64,000 nt of DNA, taken from NCBI RefSeq assembly GCF_006345805.1, contig NC_043000.1:128960001-129024000 (forward strand), given 5' to 3'. The notes below the pieces were generated by a model. It ran no database searches. It worked only from the letters and a program-made list of their open reading frames with translations, and was not told the DNA's origin. Made by a program: the position numbers and the translations under genes. This stretch comes from Octopus sinensis. Its lineage: Eukaryota. Below, piece after piece: positions 23,699 to 36,700 of this stretch (its first letter is position 1; each line of letters starts with the position of its first letter).

Positions 23699-26600
23699 GT
23701 CGAGCGGTTACTGTTTATATCTCGTTCAGAGATTTATTAATGCTATAATAAATTAGTCTGTAATGTATTTTCCTTCATTAAGGTGGTGATCTGGCAGAAT
23801 CGTTAGCACACCGGGCAAAATGCCTAGCGACGTTTCGTCCGTCTGCGCACTCAGCGGTGGTCGACTTTGCCTTTCATCCTTTCGGGGTTGATAAAATAAG
23901 TACCAGTTGAACACTTGAGTCGATGTAATCGACTTATCCCTCCTCCGAAATTGCTGGTCTTGTGCCAAAATCTAAAACCAATATATTTTCCCACATTGTT
24001 CACATCTTCCCGATGTTCCATTAGCCTAGCCTGTCAATACATTGACTGATTTGTTTGAATTGTGGATGAAAAATAGGAATTCAAAGAAATAGGAAAAAAT
24101 GACACCCTAATAGGGTTTCTATGACACATAAGAGTAAAAACATTTAACGTATCTGGTTACAGGTTTGTCTTCAAATAGTGTACCTAAGGTAAATACTCAT
24201 GTCAAAACGAAGGGCTTAGCTATCTTATAGATCTTTGTCTTTTTAGTTAAGTTGCTTATTCCCGTATAGCTCATCGCCACGCTGACCGCCTAACTAACTA
24301 CTGACCTCTCACAGTCGTCAGTGGAAACTCATGTTTTGAGATTAGATTTCAAGACACCATAATGCTTCTTGTAAATGCCGGCCGATGGTTAGTTCCCCGT
24401 AAAAGCGTTTTTATATTTGACTCCATTAAATCAATGCTTCTTGACCACCATCGCTAGCCTTTGATGAAGAGAGCTTCGATTCCTTTCATTCTGTAATGTT
24501 AAAGTACAGTCCCATTTTCACTGCAACTTGTTCTGATTGCGTCTTAAGTGGAATTGGTCTGGTTTAATTTTGCTTTTTTTTCGTGTTAGGATGCCCATAT
24601 TTCACTACTATTTCAAAACGTAGTTAGGACAGTTGTCTGATATAAACCGATCTTTGTGCTAAAGTGGTTCCCATAACCTAACCAGAGTCTAGAGTTAAGT
24701 CTTCCACTGGCAACACTTCTATTAGTGTTGTTAACCCAACGTCAATGTGAGTAGCTAAAAGACAGACAAACAGACAGACATATACTTTCTTCCTCAGAAG
24801 ATCGACAATGTGGAGCTCCATTTCCTTGTAGAAAATCAACCTACAGATGTGCAAACTGATGTGTAACTCATTGATCTCACAAGTACTGAAGGGCTTCTTG
24901 ACGAGTTAGCTTCATGTTTCGAAGATAGGTTTTTAAAAAATCAAGAGGGTAAATATGGGCACTGGTCCCTCTCCCATCTCCTCCTTCTCAGACTATCAAA
25001 TAGAAAACATTGATTGCCATGCCGTGTCCAAAATATAACAAGGCACATTCTATTGAATTTGTTCCGTATGTAACCGGTACTTATCCGAGCCAATCAAGTA
25101 GTTCTTGCGTGGTAACTTTACCTGCTAGAAATAGTTGCGAGAATTACTTCAACTCACACCTTGCTGCCAGAAAACGTAATCTGGACATTCCTAAAAGACA
25201 GGATAATCAGTGCTGGAATGCCTTTGATTGTAGGTGCGCTCGAACAGGACTGGCCTGGTATTAAACAACAACAATAACAACAGTTGATTCTTATTGTATC
25301 GAATGCGAAAGAATGAAAAGTAAGCTCAATCGCTGCAGGATTTGAACTAAGAACGTTGAGAGTTTGAACTTAATACCGCAACGACATTTATTGGGTCCGG
25401 CAGAAAAGATACATTCCATAGTGTCGATTGACCCACATACTTTTGACAATCCCACATAATTTTATATCCCAACACTTGACGTCTCTCCCCACTCCCGCGC
25501 CTCTAATACATACAACCGCCATTTGTCGCTTGTCAGTTGTCAACTGGTGAGCGGCGACTTTATTACTGAAAAGTAGTTGTGGGGTGTGGTGGGGGGGAGG
25601 GGGTCCAGAAACTATAAAGAAAAAAAAACGGAAGAAGAGTGGGGAATAAAATGAGCAAAGACAAATAGATAAAAAGAAGGAAAGCGACAGTATTATATAG
25701 CTGTCGGAAGACGTCCTGTGTAGTCAACCGTAATAGCCGAAGTCAACCATGACAGTTGAAGCGTGTCGTAGTCGTGGTGGCTGGCGGTTGTCAAATTATT
25801 TTATTGAAACGTATGAAAAACTCTTTTATTGTAAAAAAAAAGATGTGAACAAACATTTGCATCGTTCTACTGGGAACAGTCTCACTGTCTGGTTGGAATC
25901 TACTCTGAACAATAAGATCGGTAACATTTAGTAAGGAGGAGTGTGATAAAAGGTTAAAAAAAGAAAAAAAAAAACGAAAATATTACCGTGCAAGCTCCAC
26001 CACAAGTAAGGATAACGGTACCGTTTCAATTCCGGTTAAAGCTTAGGCGGCGAGCTGGCAGAACCGTTAGCACGCCGGGCGAAATGCGTAGCCGTATTTC
26101 GTCTGCCGTTACGTTTTCAAATTCCGCCGAGGTCGACTTTGCCTTTCATCCTTTCAGGGTCGATAAATTAAGTACCAGTTAAGCACTGGGGTCGATGTAA
26201 TCGCCTTAATCCGTTTGTCTGTCCTTGTTTGTTCCCTCTATGTTTAGCTCCTTGTGGGTAATAAAGAAACATATTTCAACTCACTTGTATAATTTTTCTT
26301 ATACATGTTTCAGTCATTGGACTGTGATCACGCTAGGCACTGCTTTCAGGAGGTTAAATCGAAGAAATCGACATAAGAAGTCTTATTTTAACATTTCAAA
26401 AAAATTTTTTTTTGTATGGTTTAGAGATCAACTGTGGTGATCACCTCTTCTTTTTTTTTTAATTCTGGAAGGCTGCATTGAATAAACCACAACCCCAAAT
26501 ATCTAATACCTATTACTTTATAAAATATGATAATTTATAAAACTTCAACGAAATGTTAACAAAAAAGGTGGAATTTCAGAATTTGTTACTTAATTTACTT

Positions 26601-26794
26601 CGGAATTCTGTCCTCCTAACACAATTGTAATTACTTTAAACAAGTTATTTTACAATTACTGTAACCAAGTAATTACAAAAATGCAGATAAGGTAACATAG
26701 AGAGGTGTTTTCAAAATCTCTAAATATTTGATATGATAGGCTTTAAATAAAATTACACTCAACAAAAGTATATTCCCGGATCTTTCGTTTTTTA

Positions 26795-27010
26795 TATTTT
26801 ACTTGTTTCAGTCATTTGACTACGGCAAAGCTGGGGCACCGCCTTGAAGGGTTTTAGTCGAACAAATGGACGCCTGGATTTTTTTTTAAACCTAGTACTT
26901 ATTCTATGGAAGCCTAGTGCTTATTCTATCAGTCTCTTTAGTCGAACCGCTAAGTTACGGGGACGTAAACACACCAGCATCGGTTGTCAAGCGATGTTGG
27001 GAGGACTAAC
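26795..27010 (-). mobile_element. SINE family B 3' half
   Basis: CGAACCGCTAAGTTACGGGGACGTAAACACACCAGCATCGGTTGTCAAGCG is the reverse complement of the family B 3' part. Confidence 0.85.
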
Positions 27011-27046
27011 ACAGACACATAAACATATGCACACACATACATATAT

Positions 27047-27427
27047 ATATAATAATATAAATAATATATAAATATATGCATATATACATACATATATGTA
27101 CATACCTAACATCTATATGTATATATAAATGCATATATGGATACAGGACATCAAAAAAAAAAACGTTGAACACAATGAGAAACGAAAACATAAAAACAAA
27201 AACATAGAAACGAACTTTTTTTCAAACAACGAAATAAACAGAGAAACAAAACATACAACCCAAGGAATATTCCCCTTCTTCAGTTGTCCCTGTTTCGTCT
27301 ACTCCGCGTTTCACCTTTTTTTGATGTCCTGTATCCATATATGCATTTATATATACATATATATGTAGGCATGTACATATATGTATGTATATATGCATAT
27401 ATTTATATATTATTTATATTATTATAT
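27047..27427. mobile_element. Penelope-like terminal fragment enclosed by ~112-bp inverted arms
   Basis: 27047-27161 is the near-perfect reverse complement of 27316-27427, including GGATACAGGACATCAAAAAA and irregular AT-rich flank. Penelope assignment is inference. Confidence 0.6.
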
Positions 27428-27494
27428 GATCGAAAGCCACGCATCCTTTTCCAAGTAAGTTTTATCTGTATATATATACATATATACGACGGGC

Positions 27495-27722
27495 TTCAAG
27501 CTCTGCTATCGTCCTTGTAGTATAAGGTGACCATAGCTGACAGCAGTAGTCCAGTCGGCTGAGGATAAATGACTTCCATAGTGTCATCATAGTTTCTTGG
27601 TCCCTTGTCCGGAAGTTTCTCAGAATCCAAGCGGCCCGTCTTCTGGATATTGTTACCATTTTGTTGATATGTGTGTGAAATGAGGCATTGTTGTTCATTT
27701 CTATTCCTAGATCACGCACCAT
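27495..27722 (-). mobile_element. CR1-like LINE fragment
   Basis: VRDLGI and LWKSFILSRLDYCCQLWSP; same family as 40365-41385. Confidence 0.88.
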
Positions 27723-28707
27723 ATTTAATTCAGGGATCGTCTGCGCCGATTTTTCAACAAATGTACTTCATTCAGAAGGAATCTGAGTTCATAAAATTCT
27801 TTTAAGGATGTCCGTGACTAGTGCGAAGAGGTTATCTTCTAAACTGTAGACCTGACTCCAATGCTTTCAACATAACGGCCTCTGTTAAAGGTACCCAAAA
27901 TCTAGGTGATGGTATTAAATTGGGTACTGGATTATATCAATGACTCGAGACAAAGAACAGTCTCTTTGGCATATTTCTATGCAGTTTCTATCTACTAAAT
28001 TTCACTCACAAATGATGACCCGAAGAAGAGGAAATAAACATTTTCCCAAGTAAAGCACAGTGGGATCGAATCTAAGGGCTGACTTGGCATTTGCGAATTG
28101 AAGTTTTTAACCAGACAGCCATGTTTACGCAGAAGAGAATAAAAAGTACAATTTCATACATCCTCACTTTTAAAAGCGTTGAGCTTTGTTCCTAAACAAA
28201 GGAAGATTGTAGGAGAACAATAGAGTGGACAGAATCCGAGGCATGCTGAGTCTGCTCGCCAGTTTCGAATTTTAATTATGCGTCGATTCCCCTTCAGTTA
28301 AGTCACCATGAACCCTAAAAACAAACCACCTATTTACCCCTTGCCTTCTGCACTCTTAAAGAAATCAATAGCTTTGTCATTCTCATGACGGCGCATTGGC
28401 AGGAAATTTACATTGTGTAAGCTTCACATCTCTTCACATTAAATTCCTATCCTATTGGAATCGAATTTGCCTTTTCATCTCCTCTGGGTCGATATATAAC
28501 CACCCCTATTTTATATGATTATTCTGGGTGAGATGTTATGTTCAATTGAGTCAGTCCGCGTGTATTTAGTAGGATTGGTTGAATTGAATATAGATCCTCT
28601 ACAAAAAATTAACAATGTGTGTGTGTGCGCGCACGCGCGAACAATGTAATTTGATACACACTGATGTTTGTTTTAAGGTTTTACACATATATATATATGT
28701 ATATATA

Positions 28708-28742
<35 letters not shown>

Positions 28743-28782
28743 CGTATATATGCATATGTTTTATTTTATTTATTACTTTATT

Positions 28783-29155
28783 GGATGTGTGGTAAGTAGC
28801 TTGCTAACCAACCACATGGTTCCGGGTTCAGTCCCACTGCGTGGCATCTTGGGCAAGTGTCTTCTGCTATAGCCTCGGGCCGACCAAAGCCTTGTGAGTG
28901 GATTTGGTAGACGGAAACTGAAAGAAGCCTGTCGTATATATGTGTGTGTGTACGTGTTTGTGTGTCTAGCATTGCTTGACAACCGATGCTGGTGTGTTTA
29001 TGTCCCCGTAACTTAGCGGTTCGGCAAAAGAGACCGATAGAATAAGTACTGGGCTTACAAAGAATAAGTCCCGGGGTCGATTTGCTCGACTAAAGGCGGT
29101 GCTCCAGCATGGCCGCAGTCAAAAGACTGAAACAAGTAAAAGAGAGAGTAAAGAG
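28783..29155 (+). mobile_element. tRNA-derived SINE family B with central microsatellite
   Basis: TGTGTGGTAAGTAGCTTGC head, GGGTTCAGTCCC B box, 3' end GACTGAAACAAGTAAAAGAG. Others at 55048-55460(+), 34190-34345(-), 53300-53520(-), 62640-62780(-). Confidence 0.9.
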
Positions 29156-29439
29156 TATATATAGTTAAGCATTAAATTAAAAGATCATTCAATAGCTTTT
29201 AGTAAAGTACATGTTTATAAATTCTTACGCGGAAAAAACTGAGAGTAACTTCGAAGATGACCAACCGTCACGAGTCAATCCGGTGATTGCTGCTAAGCCG
29301 AAACTTTGATGTCACAATAAAAATTTTCAATGAAATATATATATATATAACAAAATATGAGTTTGGAATTTCGAATAAATTAAACTTATTTTCGTAAAGT
29401 TAATTTTCCCACTTCTTCGTTTGATTCACTTCCTGAGGC

Positions 29440-29464
29440 AATATATATATGTACATATGTATAT

Positions 29465-29523
<59 letters not shown>

Positions 29524-29650
29524 CATACATACATACATACATACATACATTCACACATGCTACTTACTCATGTTGTACGTGTAATTTGTGTGCGTGTTTG
29601 TACCCACATACAAACACATATACAAACTCTCACAAACACAGACACACATA

Positions 29651-29740
<90 letters not shown>

Positions 29741-29920
29741 ACATGGTTTAAAGTAAATTAGCAATCAATCATTCCGTAGTTCCTGGAAGGAGGTTAGTAG
29801 AGGCTTTTAGTTAAACCGGAAGCGGAAGTGTTTGATTTCGAAACTAGTTCTCATTTACAGACGTACCGAACTTCTATAATAATAATAATAATAATAATAA
29901 TTATAATAATAATAATAATA

Positions 29921-29967
<47 letters not shown>

Positions 29968-29985
29968 TAATAATAATAATAATTC
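29440..29985. repeat. (AT)n, (CA)n and (AAT)n tracts
   Basis: Directly visible. Confidence 0.95.
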
Positions 29986-30677
29986 CCATTTATAGTTTCT
30001 ATTTGGATTATATATATATATTTTTTTTTATTCCAGCCAATCATTTGGAAAATCCGGTTCCATACTCTTTAGTCTCCACCAATCAGCACATATATCCGGT
30101 TTTGTAGTACACCTGATCAAAGCAATCGATTGACGTATTCAGGTAATGCTAGATATTTTGGTAGAGTGGCAGATTTCCTTGAAAACTTACATGTCATCGC
30201 TGGATTATTTTCGATGTGGCTGTTATTTATTGTTCTTAATATTGGTTATTGTTAATATTGTTGCTGTTGTTATTGTTGTGATGTTGGTGTTTAACTTTCA
30301 GCAATTAATGATTTCACGTTTTGTTTTACTGCGTGTTTTTTTCTTTCCCCCTTTTATTTTGCTTCTATTTTCTGTTATTTATGGCATAATTTTTTTATTA
30401 TTGCAGTTAATTGCAGCTGCAATCACACTTCACCCATTGTTTATTTACCAGTTGCAATTAATCATTGGCTACTTAGTGGCAGTTGTTGTAGTTGCTGGTG
30501 TTCTTGACGTTGTTGCAGTTTACGGCTGTTGCCAGTTTTGATGTCATCGTCGGTGTTACTGTTCCTAACTATATTTAGAGTTTTTATTTGAAACACTTCA
30601 AATGTGTTTTAAAAAGTTTGAACTTTATAACTTCCTGTTTTTTTACACTTTCATTACAACATCTTGCGCACAGTGAA

Positions 30678-30726
<49 letters not shown>

Positions 30727-30727
<1 letters not shown>

Positions 30728-31170
30728 TTCTGCTCAATACCACAGATTTGCTTGTCACTTGTTTGACCATAACCATTTGAGCACGTCCCTTAGTGGCTGA
30801 CGATATGTGCATCTCTGATCACGAGCAGAAGTAGTGGGGGAGCATCATAGCCATGTGTTGAGAGGGATTCTTTGGGGTTTGAATAATTCACCTCTGGAAA
30901 CATGGGTGGTTCTTTCAACATCCTTAAACAACCCTTATTCAGGGACCTTTTGAGCGGGATGGGCTACTCAACCTGAAGAAAATTCTAACTGGGCCCCACC
31001 TGCAAGGTCATGTGCTGTTTATCTTGATATGAGATCACCATGTCGCGCACATATGGTTGTGATGCATGTGCCTGGTGTGCCCTTATCAGACGGGTAGTCA
31101 TGATAGGTATATTGGGCTTCGTATATTTTACCCCAGTGTCACTTTGATGGCATGAACTGCTCTCTCACTC
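30727..31170. mobile_element. Unclassified 444-bp element, copy 1, in an (AAT)n array
   Basis: Runs ATTCTGCTCAATACC to CTCTCTCACTC with (AAT)n on both sides; no long ORF and no tRNA-like head recognised. Confidence 0.75.
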
Positions 31171-31185
31171 AATAATAATAATAAT

Positions 31186-31629
31186 ATTCTGCTCAATACC
31201 ACAGATTTGCTTGTCAGTTGATTGACCTTAACCATTTGAACACGTCCCTTAGTGGCTGACGATATGTGCATCTCTGATCACGAGCAGAAGTAGTGGGGGA
31301 GCATCATAGCCATGTGTTGAGAGGGATTCTTTGGGGTTTGAATAATTCACCTCTGGAAACATGGGTGTTTCGTTTAACATCCTTAAACAACCCTTATTCA
31401 GGGACCTTTTGAGCGGGATAGGTTACTCGACCAGATGAAAATTCTAACTGAGCCTCACCTGCAAGGTCATGCGCTGTTTATCTTGATATTAGATCCCCAT
31501 GTCACGCACACATGTTTGTGATGCATGTGCTTAGTGTACCCTTATCAGATGGGTAGTCATGATGGTTATACTGGGCTTTGTATATATTACCCCAGTGTCA
31601 CTTTGATGGCATGCACTGCTCTCTCACTC
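31186..31629. mobile_element. Unclassified 444-bp element, copy 2
   Basis: Same termini and length as copy 1, many scattered substitutions, separated from copy 1 by (AAT)5. Confidence 0.75.
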
Positions 31630-31673
<44 letters not shown>

Positions 31674-31744
31674 TGATGGTGATAATAATAATAATAATGA
31701 TGGTGATAATGATAATCATAATAATGATGATGATAATAATAATC

Positions 31745-31788
<44 letters not shown>

Positions 31789-32059
31789 TCCTTTTTTAAT
31801 TCTGGTTCAAGGCCAGCGATTTCGAGCAAAGGAGTAAGTCGATTATATCGACCCCAGGCCCTGACTGGTACTTCATTTATTGACCTCGAAATGACGAAAG
31901 ACAAAGTTGACTGTAGCAGCATTTTGACTCAGAATGAAAAAATCCCTAAGAAATGCCGCTAGCATTTTATATAACGTAGTAACGATTCTGCCAGCCCCAA
32001 TAGTCACCTCAATAATAATCATTTCTACTATAGTCACAAGGCCTGAAGTTTTGTGGAGA

Positions 32060-32612
32060 GGGAAATTTGAGAAATATCAGGGTCTAGCCAGAGAGCCGAA
32101 GAGACTGTAGAAGACCAAGTCAACAATTATTCCAGTGGTTATTGGTGCACTTGGCACAACACCCAAAATGCTAACAAAACGACTGAAGTGTGTTGAAATT
32201 TAAACTCACATTGTCGACCTGCAGAAAAGTACGATCCTATATTCTGCAAGAACCTTAAGAAAGATTCTTGAGATTTGGGGAGACTTATTGTTATCAAACC
32301 TCAAGATAAAATAACTGCTAACTAAATTAGCATGTACTAGCGAGTACCAGGACCGAGCCATTGAATTACAGAGACTATGGCAAGTGCGGGTAAAATGTAC
32401 CCCAGTAGTTATAGTTGCATTGGGAACTGTCCCTAAAGATCTGAACACAGGGATAGAGGAAATAGGCACAAAACCCAGTTTAGTACAGTCCAGAAAACAG
32501 TACTATTAGGGACAGATAGGGTACTTGAGAGGGTTCTTGGCATATAAGGTTACTTGTTGTAGCCCGATGTTAGGATTTTTTCTTTTCCAACAGTCTAATC
32601 TGTTGTGTTTAT
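32060..32612 (+). mobile_element. Two consecutive Dong-like 3' ends finishing in a (TAA)n tract
   Basis: EKYQGLARE...IPVVIGALGTTPK...LQKSTILYSARTLRKIL, then EYQDRAIELQRLW...PVVIVALGTVPK...RVLERVLGI*; (TAA)n follows at ~32609. Confidence 0.85.
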
Positions 32613-32651
32613 ATGAAAATAATAATAATAACAACAACAATAATAATAATG

Positions 32652-32689
<38 letters not shown>

Positions 32690-35600
32690 TTTATTGCCCC
32701 TAGGGCCACAGATGCTTGGTAAATCAATCTATCACGCCGTGTAACACATTCTTTTTCTTGGGTACTATTAACAGAGTTCATTCTGTGGCAAGTATTGAGA
32801 CCATGTTCTTTCTTTGGAAATAACATCCTTCCAGACAGCAACAATAAACCCCTCAGGTGCCTCCTCATGGTCACCCGAATCTCTCTAGAAATAGCAACAA
32901 ATCTCCCCAATTCACATTCTATCATCTCAAATAAAAAAAAAACAGATTTGTCAAAGTAGACCCTGATATGCAAAAAGGATGTTGTATGTGGTTGACACAG
33001 CTAGAACAACTTTAATCAGAGATCCACTTGATCATTCTGGCCTGGGGGGAGGGGGCGAGTTTGAATATCAATATATTTACAGCTACCATCGTCACAACAA
33101 TATTACAAGCGAAAATGCGTGTATTGTGTGTGTACGTGTGTGTTTATAAAGCCACAAAAGCTACAAATGCAAGATATCATCATCATCATTGTCACCGTCG
33201 TCGGTTTCGAATTTTGGTATAAGACCAGCAACTTTGGGGGAGGGGTAAGTCGACTACAGCGACCCCTGTACTCAAGTGCCACTTATTTTATCGACTCCGA
33301 AGGATGAAATGCAAAGTCGACTTCAGCGGAATTTGGAGTCAGAACATGCATTCGGACGAAATGCCACTAAGCATTTTGCCCGGCGTGCTAATGATTCTGT
33401 CATCTCGTCGCCTAATCATCATCATCAATATCAACAACAGCAACAACAACAACGCTGCCAGAGGAAGAACTTGGCTGGAAGAGTATGGCCAACCACAGCA
33501 GCCGTGGAGGTGCAATGGCCCAGTGGTTAGGGCAGCGGACTCGCGGTCGTAAGAACGCGGTAACGATTCCCAGACCGGCCATTGTGAATGTTTATTGAGC
33601 AAAAACATCTAAGCTCCATGAGGCTCCGGGGCGGAGGGGATGTGAAGCCCGCTGTACTCTTTCACCACAACTTTCTCTCACTCTTTCTTCCTACTTCTTC
33701 CACAAAGCAGAGGAACCATGGTGTAATCCACTATGGTGTAGTAAACTTTCAGACCCTAGTCTAGATTGCGAATCCCCTGTACCCCAGGAGGGTTCAGCTC
33801 TCCACCCGTTAAAAGCCACCGTTTACGGCATGAGGATAACAACGTAGCTTTCGCGCCCGTGCAACCGCCAGTCTATCGCGTGTGGTGGATCTTCAGGTTG
33901 CAACAGGCATTCTTAGTAGCGTAGAGTAGGCTCGAATTAGAGATTATTCTTTGTGGCTAATGGCGTGAGTCCTGATTGGAAGAAGAAGAAGAAGAAGAAG
34001 AAGAAGAAGACGACCACCACAGCAGCCAGGAAGAGCTTGAAGCTCGTCTTCTCATTTCAGACTGTCTCTAGGAGCGATAAGGTACTTTAGTGTTTTAGGG
34101 GTTTACCTTCTTTAATGTCCCGCTTATGTGGACACGAATGTTTAACTGTGAGTAAAGTTAGAAAGTTCTTTAAAATAGAATGCTGTATATTCGATTCGTC
34201 CACACAGTTTCCGTCTACCAAATTCACTCACAAGGCATTTGGTAATCCCGTGGCTATAGCAGAAGACACTTGCCCAAGGTCCGTGTAGTAGGACAAAACC
34301 CGAATTCCGTGATGCAAACGGGCTTCTTAACCAAACGGCCATGACTAAATAAAAAAAAATAGTTCATGTCGTATTATTATTGATGATTAACCCAAGGTAA
34401 CTACTGGTCGAGCAGACTTATGATCACAACTATGATAATCCTGTCTTGTTACTGGCATGCTACTTCTAGGATCACATTAAATGTGATCATTTCGTTCTGT
34501 TTTTGAAGATCTTACGGCGTGATTTTTGAAAGAAATTGTGCGACCATGTTAAGTCTAACTCGTTGACTTGTAATATCGTTCCGTAGTTGTTTTATTTTAT
34601 CAACTTTGATATTTTTAAAGAAAATGTCTTGTTGAAGAAAACTTATTTCTAACGTGGTTGTGACCAATATAGTCTAAATCCAGGGTGGAGAATACTTTTA
34701 GTTCCGGAAGCGAATTACAAATGCATCAGAATCTGTTGAGGTATGTATGTGCCAAGAAAAATAATGACTCTTTAATTTGACAAATTCATGAATATGAATC
34801 CGTTTTTAATTTAGATTTTTAGAGTCTTCGTCAAGTGAATGGTTTCAAAGTTGAATTGAATGTAGGTGACATTTCACCCGCGAACGAAGGATTTCATGGA
34901 AACTGTTGTGTAAAGCAGCTGCGTCAAATGGAATGGTCACCAAATTGTTACCGCTGTAACATTTTATACTCAGTAAGAATTTTATACCTCAGTATATTAT
35001 GTTACCTCAGTAACAATTTTATACTCCGATATCTTTTTAATTGCTGAAACATTACGGCACAAACTGTTATTCTATTTTCATTACTTCAGAAAGGCAAACA
35101 GTCGAATCGAACAAAATTGTATATTACAATATAGCCGAAGCCATTTCAGTCGTGACCATCCCGCTACTTGTTCAGGCACATTTGATGTATCCTCCTTTTG
35201 TAATGACGGTAGAGTGGGATTTGAAGGGGATTTGGCTGTTATTTCTGACGCGTTGAACAATCAGTTAGAAGTTCCTCGTCGGTTTGACAATAAACATGTA
35301 AATTGGTAAGATTGTTAAATAGAATTTACTAACAAGTATGAATTCTGGCGCTCTTTGCAATTGTCAGACAAATCAGCCATCTTTAAGAGCGATTATAGTC
35401 AAAAGTTTCATCAGATAAGAGTCAATTAAAAGTGGAAATACTCGTTAAGTAACTGACGTTAAACTAATTTGTATTAAGGTGAATGACCGCATGACAAATT
35501 CTTATAACAAGGCGCTGTAAATATCTCATCAAAGGCATATTGTAAATAATAAATACAGGTAAAGACAACACATACATCATAATTATTAATTTACTTGAAA

Positions 35601-36149
35601 ATAACCTGTCAACAATGAAAGAAAATTTCTACAAGAAATTCACTATAGAAAATAGTCGATGAAATAATAACGGTCTTATTAAACAATCTGCTTATAAGGT
35701 GTCAGTTTGTCTATTGATTTTAAATGCATATTTAATATAGTAGAATATTAGCAAAGTTGTTATAACATCGGACAGAATGAATTGTGGTATTTAGTTATGG
35801 TCTTTTACGCTTTCAATTCAAATCTTAACATGGTCACCGTTTCATCTTTTCCTCCCGTTGGATGTCGAGAAATTAGAGTCAAGCATTGGTTTGATTTATT
35901 TTCCTATAAAGCACCCTAGCCGTAAGGGGAATTCATTTGTAAGACTTTATTTAGCCTTGTAATATAATCTGAGATGATTTTTCTGAATCTATTCCGGAGC
36001 TGAGAGTGTAAGCTGTTATCTGTTAGGGTCCTAGTGTTGTAAAAGGCCACCCTTTCAAATATTTCCTAGATGTATTTGAGAGTTTCTTAGCACAATGGGT
36101 GTGGTAAGTGTGTTCAGTAATATACCTTAATTTCTCATGTGACATATTG

Positions 36150-36700
36150 GAATGTTTGTAAGCAGCTGACTCTAGCTCCAAAGACTCACCGACAAAGTCA
36201 GCATTAGTAGCTGCAGTAATCTTCAGTTCGATCCTGTTGAAAATACCAATGAGATCTTTCTAGAGATATCTAAAAAGTAGACAAAGCAATTGTATAATAA
36301 GTTTTATCGGCTGTCTCAACAAGCGATACTAGAATTGACGGAAACTATTTTAAATATGCCCAAAGCTACAGGCTGCTCAGATCGCATACGTCAATGCTGG
36401 CATAAGAGTCCATCAAGACGTTGAAGAGGCTTGCGGGTTGTGGTTTTTAACCCAAGTTTTCTCTTTATTGCAAATTTTTACGACCATATATGATTATCTC
36501 AGTATCTTGTCTGGCAGACTTAATCTATCTCCTTTTTAACACTTCCATCTAATCCTGGAGTTCCTTTAGCGAAATTATTCTGTTGCCATCAATAGAGTCA
36601 AGACTTCGGTTTGAGGATGTCTTCCTCATTACCACCTATCTCAGAGGGCTTCTAAAGAGTCGTGGGCACTGCTTTCTCTCCTGTCTAAAATATTAAAAAA
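36150..36700 (-). mobile_element. Heavily decayed LINE fragment upstream of the RT core
   Basis: KGTPGLDG motif near 36545-36570 on the minus strand; remainder too decayed to align by eye. Confidence 0.35.

Noticed and set aside
29281-29322. GAAAC...GTC followed by AATAAA
   Set aside because: No intact CUGANGA and no stem I; at most a decayed relic. Similar partial motifs near 38530-38575 and 53690-53735 (minus) fail for the same reasons.
33840-33905. Minus-strand CAAC-CTGAAGA...GAAAGCTA-C-GTTG near-hammerhead
   Set aside because: Stem II has no closing pair and stem I needs a bulge at the cleavage site; more likely a LINE 5' UTR fragment.
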